This document shows, piece by piece, positions 40,961 through 54,090 of a DNA stretch of 64,000 nt. Below the pieces are notes generated by a model. The model was not told the origin of the DNA. It saw only the letters and a program-made list of their open reading frames with translations, and ran no database searches. The stretch's first letter is position 1; each line of letters begins with the position of its first letter. This DNA is from Octopus vulgaris (lineage: Eukaryota): contig OX597815.1 of the NCBI GenBank assembly GCA_951406725.2, positions 148,056,001 to 148,120,000 of the forward strand, written 5' to 3'. Position numbers and translations under genes: made by a program.

Positions 40961-43881
40961 ATGTAGGAGGGATGCTGCGCGGAAACTGTAAAAAGAAAAT
41001 TTCATTCCTGAGAGACATTGTGACATGCAATCAAGCTATATGCATGGCACTCACAGAAACGCATCTTGAACCCGATATAGGTGATGCAGAAATACACATG
41101 CCGCAATATGCAGTCATACGCACAGATAGAAAAGGGAGGAGCCATGGTGGAGTTGCAATGTACATCCGAGATGACCTCACGCCCCAGGTCCTGCTGTCAT
41201 ATTCAAACTCAGTATGTGAAACTCAAATTGTACACATAAGACAACTGAATATCGTCATATGCACTACATATCGCCCACCAGATGCCCCAAAACACTCAGG
41301 CATGTTTGAAGACTGCCTAACAAAAATAGGAGAAGTCCTCACCAACCTTGAACAGCACAACAGTGTATTCTTCATGGGTGACTTTAACCTCCCCAATGTG
41401 GAATGGCCTGGGGGCAGATGCTCCCAGGGATGACACACCATCAGCAGGCACAGGTGGAGTCCCTGCTCCATCTCACAAATGCCTCTTTCATGGAGCAAAT
41501 AGTTCTGCAACCAACAAGGGCAGATAATATACTGGATCTCTGCTTCACAAACAATATGGATATTATCCATAATGTTAATGTGATGCCGACAATGATCTCG
41601 GATCACAACATAATAGAGCTGTCTATGTATGGAACAAAAGCCCCCGCAGACACACAGCCTATACGAAGCACCCACCATCTCTCCAACTTAAACTTTCATA
41701 AAGCCAACTGGAAGTCGATTGAGAAAGAGATCCTCAAACAGGATTGGCCTGAATGTCTCTCCACACCGGACATAAACATGAAACACAAACACTTCATGTC
41801 CATAATACAAGCCATATGTGACAAATATGTCCCAATGTGCAGGGCCAGCACACACAAGAACAAAAACAGGATCCCTAGAGAAAGGAGGATTCTTATGAGA
41901 CGACGGACAAGGATTGCAAACCGCCTGAGCAAGCACACCAAAAGTGGTGAGAAGTCTCGGCTCGAAAGAATGCTAATGGAAACTGAGAAAAGTCTACATC
42001 AGTCCCATGAAAAGGAGAGAGCAGATAAAGAAGCTTGGGTAATAGAAAATATAAAATCAAACCCTAAAGCTTTCTTTAAGTTTGCCAAAGAGACAGCCAC
42101 AGTGCACCAGAGAATAGGACCTCTCTTCCAAAAAGATGGCTCTCTCACAGGAAATCCCACGAGGATAAGTGAAATACTGAACGAACAGTTCCAAAGTGTG
42201 TTCACTACACCTCTAGGACACAGGCAAGTAAACAACCCAGAATAATTCTTTGCCACTTTACCAGCGGCCAAAGAGACAAAAATTGAGTACATCAACATCG
42301 AAGATGATATCACACTAGCCATTGATGAGATTGACACAAACTCAGCTGCTGGACCTGATGGATTCCCAGCGATCCTTCTCAAATCGTGCAAACGAGCCCT
42401 TGCAAAACCGCTACAGCTTCTTTTTCAGAGCTTTCTTGCAAGTGGTAAGCTCCCAGTCAAACTGAAAGAGGGGGGTAATATGCCCTATCCATAAGGGAGG
42501 TAGCAGAGCAGATGTTAAAAATTATAGGCCTATCTCTCTGACCTCACACATCAGCAAAGTCATGGAACGAATAGTCCGTAAGAAACTAATCATGTTCCTT
42601 GAAGAAAATGACTTACTGTCTGACAGCCAGCATGGATTTCGACCAGGTAGAGGCTGCTTAACACAGCTCCTGCAACACTATGACTGGGTGTTGAAACAGC
42701 TACTAAATGGCTCAAATGTGGATGTAATATATCTCAACTTTGCAAAAGCCTTTGATAAAGTCGACCATGGTATGATCTGTCACAAACTGCGTGGTCTCGG
42801 CATAGGCGGGAAACTTGGAGAGTGGCTGCACAACTTCCTAAAAGACAGAAAACAGGCAGTTGTGAGCAATGGAGCCACCTCCAAGGAAACGCAAATAACA
42901 AGCGGTGTCCCACAGGGCACTGTCTTGGGGCCACTGATGTTCATAGTGGCCCTTTCAGACATGCCTTCAGTTGCTACGATGACCACCCTTGCTAGCTATG
43001 CAGATGACACAAAAGTCTCCCACGCAATACAAAACCCTGAAAATATTGCGCATCTGCAACATGAGCTGGACACAATATACAGGTGGGCTGAGGACAACAA
43101 CATGCAGTTTAATGCAGGTAAGTTCCAGGCCCTGCGCTACTGGCACACAAAGGTAAATGACGTGAAGACTGGATACACTGGCCCAGGAAGAATTGCAATC
43201 CCTGAGTCAAAATCAGTGCGTGACCTGGGCATTGACATGAGCAATGATGCATCTTTCCAAATGCATATTGCTAATCTGGTGATAAAATGCAGACGGCTAG
43301 CTGGATGGATTCTCCGAACTTTCAGAACAATAGAGAAGGAGACACTGATGGTCCTATGGAAAACATTTGTTCTCAGCCGCTTGGACTACTGCTCCCAACT
43401 TTGGTCACCACACAATATAAAACAAACAGCAGAACTCGAAGCAACTCAGAGAAGCTACACAAATAAAATCGTCTCAATGCAAAATGTCAGCTACTGTGAA
43501 AGACTGAAGGTATTAAACCTCTTCTCCCTGGAGCGGAGGCGGGAGAGATATGCAGTGATATATATCTGGAAAATCCTGGAGGGTCTTGTCCCAAACTTTG
43601 GCATTCAAAGTTACTCCAACCGCAGAACGGGGCGCCGCTGCGTGGTGCCAAGGATTCCAACATCACCATCAAAATACAGGTCCAGATACTGCAACAGCTT
43701 GGGTTTCAGAGGACCACAGCTCTTTAACATCCTCCCTAAATGCCTGAGAGACTTACATGGTGTGGATGTGGGTTTCTTTAAAACTAAACTGGATCTCTTC
43801 TTGTTGGGAGTCCCAGATGAACCTACCTCACGACAGGAGACACGGATGCGGGCAGCAGCATCGAACTCCCTTGTTGATTAA
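40906..43881 (+). pseudogene. LINE ORF2: AP endonuclease + reverse transcriptase, disrupted
   Basis: APE motifs LTETHL, RTDR..GGVAMY, YRPP, MGDFN, NILDL, ISDH; RT motifs NYRPISLTS, QHGFR, FAKAFDKVDH, GVPQGTVLGP, YADD; frameshifts at ~41412 and ~42473, stop at 42243-42245. Confidence 0.95.
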
Positions 43882-44228
43882 GTGCCACGTTTCAGAGGTG
43901 GATTCACAAACTAGTGTAGCTCATTCAGCGGTGGTGCCCCAGCATGGCCGCGGCCTTCGGGCTAAAACATTTTTAAGGATTTAAGGATTTAAGGATATAC
44001 ATATACATATATATATACACATACATACATATACATTTATGTACATATACATACATATACATATATGTACATATACATACATATACATATATGTACATAT
44101 ACATATATATACATATATATACATATATGTACATATATGTACATATATGTACATATACACATATATATATATATACACATATGTACATATATATACATAT
44201 ACATATATATACATATACATATATTTAC

Positions 44229-44259
<31 letters not shown>

Positions 44260-44271
44260 TATATACATAAA

Positions 44272-44428
44272 TGGAGTGGCTGCGTGGTAAGTAGCTTGCT
44301 TACTAACCACATGGTCCCGGGTTCAGTCCCACTGCGTGGCATCTTGGGCAAGTGACTTTTACTATAGCCTCGGGCCAACCAAAGTCTTGTGAGTGGATTT
44401 GGCAGATGGAAACTGAAAGAAGCCCGTC

Positions 44429-44463
<35 letters not shown>

Positions 44464-44676
44464 CCTGTGTGTGTGTTTGTGTGTCTGTGTTCGTCGCCCT
44501 AGCATTGCTTGACAACCAATGCTGGTGTGTTTATGTTCCCATCATCTAGCGGTTCGACAGAAAAGACCGATAGAATAAGTACTAGGCTTCCAAAGAATAA
44601 GTTCTGGGGTCGATTTGCACGATTAAAGGTGGTGCTCCAGCATAGCTGCAGTCAAACGACTGAAACAAGTAAAGAA
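44272..44676 (+). mobile_element. SINE family A, full length
   Basis: GGAGTGGCTGCGTGGTAAGTAGC...GGTGGTGCTCCAGCATAGCTGCAGTCAAACGACTGAAACAAGTAAAGA. Confidence 0.92.
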
Positions 44677-44784
44677 TAACTCTGTTCTTCTCTTTCCTGA
44701 TATCAGTCATTCATCCTATGCTAGCTGTTTCCTCTCACACTAATTGTCATGCACGCCTCGCAATCTATCAAATAATATTTTCTA

Positions 44785-44964
44785 CTCTGAGCACAAGTTC
44801 CGAAACGTTTGAGGAGGCAGCCGGTAGATTAGGTCGACCACCAGCACACAGCTGGTATATTTAATTTATCGACCCCGAAAGAATGACAGTCAAAGTCGAA
44901 CTTAGCGGAATTTGAACTCAGAACGTAAGGCGGGCGAAATACCACTAAGCACTTCTACCGGCAC
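44785..44964 (-). mobile_element. SINE family B, degenerate
   Basis: TTTATCGACCCCGAAAGAATGACAGTCAAAGTCGAACTTAGCGGAATTTGAACTCAGAACG. Confidence 0.8.
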
Positions 44965-44965
44965 A

Positions 44966-45025
<60 letters not shown>

Positions 45026-45052
45026 CGTTATTATTATTATTATTATTATTAT

Positions 45053-45112
<60 letters not shown>

Positions 45113-45120
45113 CAGCAGCA
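44966..45120. repeat. (TTA)n(TAG)n(CAG) trinucleotide array
   Basis: Direct inspection. Confidence 0.95.
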
Positions 45121-46238
45121 GGGGCAGAAGAAGAAGAAAGACAGTTTTACGAGATTCATTCTTCGGTGAAAGAACTGCAACACAGCAGGGGGCAGTTAGT
45201 GATCGTCATTTCTTTCTTTACCAGAGAAATACTGTATGTCAGTCATGAGTGCTATAATTGACATGATTATCTCATGGATTAGGAGAATCCATATGACTAA
45301 AATTGTTGGCTACTCAGTTCTATGTTACATAAATTTAAGCAGAGTTGTGTTGAAGAAAAATAGTCATAAGGAGATTAGGGTACATAGATTACCATGTATT
45401 CAATTCGTCTCTAAATAATCAGTTAGAATATCTTAGGGAATACGCCATTTTAATACAAACATGTTCAGCACGTTTTAATTCAAGATAGAACGTTCTCATT
45501 TGTAAAAAGTAAAATATTAACGACAGAAGAAATTATATTATACAGGTTTTAATACCGAAAATGAAAAGTGAAAACACGTCGTTTAAAAAATCGTTTCATG
45601 AAAATTCAATGAAACTTATTTAAATTAAAAAAAAAACGGAATATTTAATTCTGGAAGTAATTCTATTCATAAAATAAGTCTTGGTGGGAGATTTATGTGT
45701 TATTGATGTATTTGTTTAAAATTTCTTTTGCAGTCGCTGCTTCTAAGTATATTTCCTTTGTTCAATACACAGCGAAACTGAACATTATTTAAAATTATTG
45801 GAAAATAGCAAAATGGAAATGAATCCAATAAAATGAAATAAACTAAAGAAAAAACTGCCAAACATCTTCCAAAATTGAAGAAGTAACAATAGGTATATAT
45901 GTGAATGTAATAATGTTATTGTCTCATATTAACAAGAATACAAAAATGCATTGAAATCAGGCATCTTTTATCTAGAAAATAGATAAACATGAAGACAGGG
46001 ATGAAATGTAAGTAGGTATAATGAGAAAAGTAAAGCTATTTTAATTTTCTTAATACATATTGACGACAAAATTGTGTAGGAAGCATTTCCAGAGGATATC
46101 ATATACACTGAGATATTAATCCATGTTATATGTCGAGAATGTAATTACAATTTGGCACACTAATTCCTCATTAGAAGATAACAGAACTATATACAATAAT
46201 ATACTATACACAATATATACATATACATATATTATATG

Positions 46239-46276
<38 letters not shown>

Positions 46277-47214
46277 CACAATCACACACATATATATATT
46301 CTTTCACTTTGTTTACGGCAAATACCTTACCTTAGAAAGCACTCTTAAAGTCTCCTATACTCCTTAGTGCCGGCTATCCTCTGTATTTCCTATCTTGAAG
46401 ACTATTCCTATGAGTAGTTATCTATGCGGAACTCATTTAAAACCCAGGATTAGTGTAATAAAAGCGAAATTGATTTGAGTATGGAGATGTTTATGCATTA
46501 TTTATTTATAGCAACATATGTTTCAGCATATCACGTGTTCTTTTGCGATTATTTTCTAACATCCATAGGATAAAATTAAGTATCATTTATAATATATTGA
46601 TGCATCTGGATCATATTTAATTCCATGTGTATACTTCGTCAGCCAATCGATATCAATGCTTATTTCGGCTGGTAAATGTCTTTAAATGTAAGAATCGTTC
46701 CAGCAACAAGAGCATTGATTTTGAATGCTTGAGGAAGAATACACATGTATAAATAGAAGCTCAATATCCATATATATATATATATATATATATGGATTTT
46801 GAGCTTGTATATATACATGTGTATTCTTCCTCAAGCATATATATATATACATGCACAAAATCCAAATATAAAAATTTACACAAGACAATAAATGTCAGAA
46901 AGACAGGTCAGTTATTCTTCAACTGTTTGTAAATTCTTAAATATATCTTCTTCTGTGTATATATATACTACCAAACACATGAATTTTATTGAACTCAAAT
47001 TACTTCTTGTAGTCCCGCTCTTGAATACTTTCTTGTAAACTGATTTTTTAACATTTTCTTATCATTATCTGTATAACTGTACTTTAAAACTTTTCTGATA
47101 ACCAGTACTTAAAGCAACAAAGCTTATACAAAGCTTTACATTTTACTTATGACAATCTTTTTGTAAAGAAGTAAAACCGGTCAAGTCAATAAATACCTCT
47201 AAAAGTCCATTGCA

Positions 47215-47283
47215 TTTTCAAACGTTCTTTCATATAGATTTTCACTCGCGTGGTACCTTACAGTTTTGCTTTGTTTTATTTAA

Positions 47284-47349
<66 letters not shown>

Positions 47350-47405
47350 AGCAAAGCTGTAAGGTACCGCGCGAGTGAAAATATATATGAAAGAACGTTT
47401 GAAAA
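47215..47405. repeat. 56-bp inverted repeat around a (TA)n spacer
   Basis: 47215-47270 vs 47350-47405, three mismatches. Confidence 0.92.
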
Positions 47406-47422
47406 CGTTGAACGCTTGAACT

Positions 47423-47463
47423 CCAGGCTGATGAAGAGCAATAGCTCTGAAACTAGTTTCTGG
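47423..47463 (+). ncRNA. minimal type-I hammerhead ribozyme (PLE type)
   Basis: Stem I CCAGG/TCTGG, core CTGATGA, stem II AGAGC-AATA-GCTCT, GAAA, palindromic stem III ACTAGT, GUU cleavage triplet. Confidence 0.8.
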
Positions 47464-49904
47464 GTGTTGGCTTCACTGAGGGGAGGAGCTTATCTACCCT
47501 GTTTGGAAACTTAAAGAAATAGAACGCTTGTGTCTCATAGCCAACTGGAAACGAGGTTTCCTGGAGTAAAATAGCGGTAGCATTATTACCTTTCCTGGAA
47601 GAGACCCATTAAGCTAGTGACAGACCATCTATATATATATATATATATATGTTGAGAAAGAAAGTCGTCAGAAATTTGGAAAAAATACTATTATTTCTTC
47701 ATTATTATTAGTGTTTTCGTTTCTCTCAAGCACTTGTCAAATGCAATATTGTGAATGTACAAACAGCTTGTTCATTTATAGAAAACAGATGCTTTGGGGG
47801 TGTTTTATTTAGAAGAGAACATTGTTTTTGTTGTTTGGGGTGAGATTCCAAAACAATGGAAATGGATAGATAGAAATATAGGTATGTATATAGAGTGATA
47901 GAGAGAGAGACAGATGGATAGATAGACAGATAGTCAGACAGATAGAGAGACGGGTAGAGAATAAGAGAGAGAATGGGTATCCTCTTTCCTATTCACCATT
48001 TTTTCGCTTTACCATTGTAAAAAATATAATAGAAAGAAATAAAAAATATAATTTAAAAAATCAAAAGCAGGTGTTTTAGTCACCACAGAAAATCTTTCTT
48101 TCTTTCCCCTTACTTCTTTTTCTTATTTCCTTTTTCCTCCTTTCTTTCTTTCTCTCCTCTGTGAGTTATATTTCAAATATATCCCTTTCAAACATTCAAT
48201 TTTGGAGGGAGTTTTTGACAACGTGTAGTTCCGCATGAAAATACATTGGTATAATAATTGCAAATTAACATTTTGAAAAATCAATCAGTAAATAAAGTAA
48301 TAGGAACACACACAAACACACACACACACAAATACACACACAGACACATATATATATATATATTGTACACTGTCTCAGGTATATACACATATATACACAC
48401 GAGCAGTAACAATCACACACGCATAAAAACACAGAACGCACACTTATATATCTTTTCACACTAACGCAGTACTTGTTCACGTAAATACATTAACATGCGC
48501 AATTCCACAAAAACATATATACACACGCTCATATAATTTTCATAATCACGCACGTACATGACCACACAAATACACACGTGAGCACGCTGGCCTAGACACA
48601 CCTTTATACAAACATATATATTACACAGACACACACATGCTTCAATATGGCACATTCTAATTGTGTCACTGTTATCTACATTGTCACCCACTTCTACAAC
48701 GAATTAATTCTTGCTATTAGTTCAACCTGTGCAAACCTAAATCCAAGCACGTTTTTTTTTGTCCCCATGATTATTCCCCTCCACATTTGTTTTTCCTTTC
48801 TTTTTGTTGTAGGGCGTAGGTTCGAAACGTCAAGTAGTTTATCCATTTTCTTGAGCGTAAGACTAATACCCCTTATGTTTATTGTTATTTTGGATCGTTT
48901 CTACCTCATATATGTGTATATTTATATGTATGTGAATATGTGCGTGTATGTGTTTGTTTCTGTGTATGTGTGTGGGTGTGTGTGTGCATGTATTTCTTTA
49001 TGTTTTCTTATATTGATGACTTGCTCAAAAACCGCATTTCGTGCCGACTTTTATACTTCTTCCTGGTTGTGCCTGCAGCCCGAATTTGAAGACAGTAATA
49101 ATAATAAAGCTTTTATTGGTACACAACCAGTATGGTACTAACTCACCAATTTTGCCTTAGTTTCTATTCATTCTAAAGGGAAAACGTCTAGGTTCACACA
49201 TTTTTGGAGATGTTTTAAAAGATGACTTTTCAACTGTTAGCATATAATAAATCCTCATCCAGACCTAATCCCACTGGTGGCTGTTCAAAAACCAAATTTA
49301 GGGCATATGTACAACCCCGGGATCATCTTGTATCCAAGGAAGCTTAATATGTCTATGAGGAACAAACATAGACTGACACACAAATATTCTGGATGGACGT
49401 AGTGTTAGAATTTCGCGTTTATAATATATAGAGACGAACAGAAATGTGGAACTCTGAGTAACAGTTTTTGTTATATTTTTGCTGCTTTGCAATAAAATAT
49501 ATTTTCATATATATGTAGGAATATATGAGCATATAGACATATATATTTAAAGGGAACAACGCAAGCATGTAAGCGCTACAAATAGTTTTCGACCATACAT
49601 CATAATGAACTAAAAAAACTGAATAGAAGAAACGTGAGAAAACTAAGATGGCAGCATATAGAAAACGCAGAAAGTTAAAAACGTAAAACGAAAGCGAAAC
49701 CACAAAAAAAATAAGCTGTAAAAAATAAAAAGTAAATAGGCAAATGAGATATCCTCCTTAGACCTTAAATGATACGTTTGGAAAGATATCAAGTTAGTCA
49801 GCAATAAGCGAAATTTTCCAATTCTTCAAAATATATTAATACATATGCTCTGCAACCAGATGGAATACATTTTTTGTTGAATTTTCTGTCACCGAAGAGT
49901 ACAT

Positions 49905-49944
<40 letters not shown>

Positions 49945-50259
49945 CGTGTGTGTACGTATGTGCGTGTATGTATGTATGTATGTGCGTAAGTACGTATAGT
50001 CACAGCTATTAATAATTTATGACCGATTCGCAGCATAGATATATTTACGTACGGCTAAATCGCAGCATTAAATATCAAGCTGACAGCAAAATGTACATGT
50101 GCTTTCAGATGTCACTGAATATACTTCTCGAATGTCAGTTGATTCAATCTTATGTAAGGTATCTCGGTATTTTAGAATCTGGCAAAACGAATATATAAAC
50201 GTAACGCACACGTACATACATATATATTTGTGTGTGTAACGTTTATATATTCGTTTTGC

Positions 50260-50880
50260 AAGATTCTTGATGTGAAACCGTGTGTTGAAACAGATATTGT
50301 TGTATTTGGTGATGGTCATGTTGCCAGTTTAGTTAATAAAACACACGCACTATATATTTGGTGTTAATTTGCTTGAGCTCTATTTTTATGTTAATCGTAT
50401 TTCGGCCAGTGTTCTTTCGTCCCACTTCTGTGACCTCATCAGAGGCGAATTGACATACCGTTTTAGAAGGGCCCTAGTCAAACTTCAGCTAAAAATTAAG
50501 GTTGTTGAAAAGCCAGGCAACGCTATCAAATACGTAATCGGTAGAACCAACCCCTCTATTGATAGAAACTGTGATGTATATAGTTTTTTAGCACAGAAAC
50601 TGTAAAACCAGAAATGTAGTCTATGGTGTAAGATGTACAGAGGGACGGTGCAGTAACAAGACAACGTCGTATGAACGAAAAACCGCACGAAGCGTAGGAG
50701 AGGGAGTAAATGAGAATTGGAGGGAACTTAAAGAAGAGAAGTGCTCATCGGTTCTATACCAGCACGCCGAGCAGGAACACGGGGCTCACTCAACAACATA
50801 GATTTTAAAATCTTGTCCACACATAGAACAGACGCAACGCTTAAACAATTTACAGAAGCTACACACATAATAGAAGATAA
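50260..50880. mobile_element. Penelope-like fragment with inverted terminal repeat (same family as 5068-6110)
   Basis: 50260-50445 is the reverse complement of ~5850-6060; the plus strand then reads KIKVVEKPGNAIKYVIGRTNP...VVYGVRCTEGRCSNKTTSY..KTARSVGE...LYQHAEQEH. Confidence 0.82.
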
Positions 50881-51012
50881 ATATTTCTATTATCAAGTAT
50901 TTTATGTGACGTCTGTTATTTTCTAACTCCACTTCAATCATAGTATCATTTATAACTGTCCCTATATATATATATATATATATATATATGCCCTATATAT
51001 GTATAAACATAT

Positions 51013-51115
51013 ATACGACGGGCTTCTTTCAGTTTCCGTCTACCAAATCCACTCACAAGTATTTGGTCGGCATAAGGTTATAATAGAAGACACTTACTGT
51101 GGCCACTCCTACACC
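51013..51115 (-). mobile_element. SINE family A fragment
   Basis: CGACGGGCTTCTTTCAGTTTCCGTCTACCAAATCCACTCACAAG. Confidence 0.8.
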
Positions 51116-51117
51116 TA

Positions 51118-51420
51118 TTAGGAAACATTTTCCTTCAGACCTGAAGTATTATAAACTTTTCGACATCCACAACATCAAGGATCGTTACTCCTGATTAGGC
51201 AACATGATTTCCAAAAACCTCACGCTAAAACAGTCGTAAGGACATACCTACATACCTACACTAACTTGAATACATTGCACAGCCTGTAAGTGTCAAACTA
51301 CTTGTAACAGCCCATGGAAGTATCCTGCGTCACAAGGTCCATGATGTGCCATCATATGCCACTAAAACCTACTAAAGGGCTACGACAGCTGATGAATTAA
51401 TGGGAAGCTATACACAGTAT
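51118..51420 (+). pseudogene. highly decayed Penelope-like RT-EN linker fragment
   Basis: KHFPSDLKYYKLFDIHNIKDRYS*LGNM...CKCQTTC resembles the PLE KHFP..H.L.KIFN...IK.SYSCM.NM...CNC motif (recalled, not aligned). Confidence 0.5.
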
Positions 51421-52799
51421 ATGCACCTGTACACGTGCGATTTTTAATTAAAAATCAAACTTGCTGTCTCTTTTACATCAAAACAACTTCTCCAGTATCG
51501 AATGGAGCAACAGTGAAAGAGATTCTCAATTGTCAGCCGGAACTCGCCATAGCAAACTCTTCCCCTGCGGAAGATAACGCATACGCTGCCAGCCTTCAAT
51601 AGACATCAACAAGAAGAAAGTACTCTCTTACTGCTGCAACCATGGTTACATCCTGTTAATGAACTTCAAGCCACTGACACCGGACAATCTAGGTCTTCCA
51701 GCTTAGGCATGGTTGACCAATATTCAGTGAAACGGTACTAAAACCTTGCTACGTCTATGGACTACAGATACATCCATACAGACAATCCAACCTAGCGTCA
51801 TGATATGTTATTCCAGCACCACCAAATTTAGTTGTTCCTAAGGCTGTTCCATTACAACAGCCGGCTCTGCAATGTGCTGTGCGTTGTAGCCACCGAAACA
51901 AAATTATTTCGTTAACTAAATGTTACCGCAAGACATATATATAGAGGCGAGAGATACATGCCTAAACTGTCTTCCTTCAAATGTGTCTAAGAAAAAGGGC
52001 AATGATTCATATCGCTTCACGACCAATTATACACGTGGTATTAGATGACCAGTGGAGGCCTAACGTCTAAAAGCTATATTTGTCTCATGTTTTGTTACTC
52101 TTTCTGTCGATGTCTGACGAGTTAGTTTCCCTCTATCAGACTACACAACAATAACATGCATGCAACTGTTATTAAAAAATATAATAAGCTCCTAACAAAT
52201 GTGTTAACTGCCACTTTCTTTTCTTTAACACACTAATCTAGGTCTCTCTCTTTCTCCCTCTCTCTGTCTTTCAATTTCTCTATATATCTACAACTATATT
52301 TCTCTTCTCTCTCTAACACACACACATATATGCATACATACACTCACGGACGCGCACTCGCACAGGCGCAAGCACACAGACGTACACACTCATACACGCG
52401 TACACATATGGATGTTTTATTAAATATCCAATGTTCAACTCATTTATTTACATTAGGTTTTTCATATTTCCACAGTTGTTTTCTTTACATTTGGTTTTAA
52501 ATAGTTATATATCCAAATCTATATCCGATGTACCTTGTCTTTTGCAGCCTCACAATTTCGTTTTCAAAAAACCGAATTGAGAATATTTGAAATTTATGTT
52601 GCTTCGTATATAGTCATTAAATTTACGTAGACCTTCCTCCAACAGTTTTTTTTTGTACCATTAGCCTCTAGCATCAGCACTCAAGTTCCTAACTAACTGA
52701 AAAAACTAATACGGAAATCTCAAATTTGGAATATAAAATGTAAAAGTTGTCGTGTATTTGTGAATTCAATAAAACATGCATAAACGAAAAGCACTTCAC

Positions 52800-52819
52800 C
52801 ACACACAAGCGCACACACG

Positions 52820-52859
<40 letters not shown>

Positions 52860-52957
52860 CACTCACACATACATATTCATATATATATGCACCTATAAAT
52901 ATATATATTTATATATACACATACATATTCATATATATGTATACACCTATAAATATA

Positions 52958-53001
<44 letters not shown>

Positions 53002-53287
53002 CATATTCATATATATATATATATATACATACATATTCATATATATATATATACATATATACATATACATATTCATATATATATATATACATATATACAC
53101 ATACATATTCATATATATATACATATACATATATACACATACATATTCATATATATATACATATATACACATACATATTCATATATATATACATATATAC
53201 ACATACATATTCATATATATATATATACATATATACACATACATATTCATATATATATATACATATATACACATACATATTCGTATA

Positions 53288-53335
<48 letters not shown>

Positions 53336-53366
53336 TACACATACATATTCGTATATATATATATGT

Positions 53367-53415
<49 letters not shown>

Positions 53416-53445
53416 TACACATACATATTCGTATATATATATATA

Positions 53446-53495
<50 letters not shown>

Positions 53496-54090
53496 CTTAT
53501 TCATATATATTTATATACGTATATATACTCATACATATTCATATATATTTATATATATATATACATACACACATACATATTCATATATATTTATATATAT
53601 ATATACATATACACAAATACATATTCATATATATTTATATATATATACATATATATACACACATACATATTCATATATATTTATATATATATATACACAA
53701 ATACATATTCATATATATTTATATATATACATATACACAAATACATATTCATATATATTTATATATATACATATACACAAATACATATTCATATATATTT
53801 ATATATATACATATATAAATAAATATATATATATACATACACACATACATATTCATATATATTTATATATACATATACACACATACATATTCATATATAT
53901 TTATATATATATATATTCATATACACACATACATATTCATATATATTTTTATATATATATACATATACACATACATATTCATATATATCTATATATATAT
54001 ACATATACACACATACATATTGATATATATTTATATATATATATATATATATATAGATATACATACATATGTGTGTATGTATGTATATAT
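52800..54090. repeat. ~1.3-kb compound TA-rich micro/minisatellite (units like TACACATACATATTCATATATAT)
   Basis: Direct inspection. Confidence 0.97.

Larger units (their letters stand above)
38506..43994 (+). mobile_element. near-full-length CR1/L2-group LINE (long 5' UTR, ORF1, ORF2, (TTTAAGGA)n tail)
   Basis: Continuous unique sequence between two TA/CA microsatellites; ORF1 and ORF2 as listed below; the 5' boundary is inferred. Confidence 0.9.

Noticed and set aside
47470-47515. Second hammerhead (CTGAGGG...GGAAACTT)
   Set aside because: Core deviates and no convincing stem II, stem III or NUH triplet
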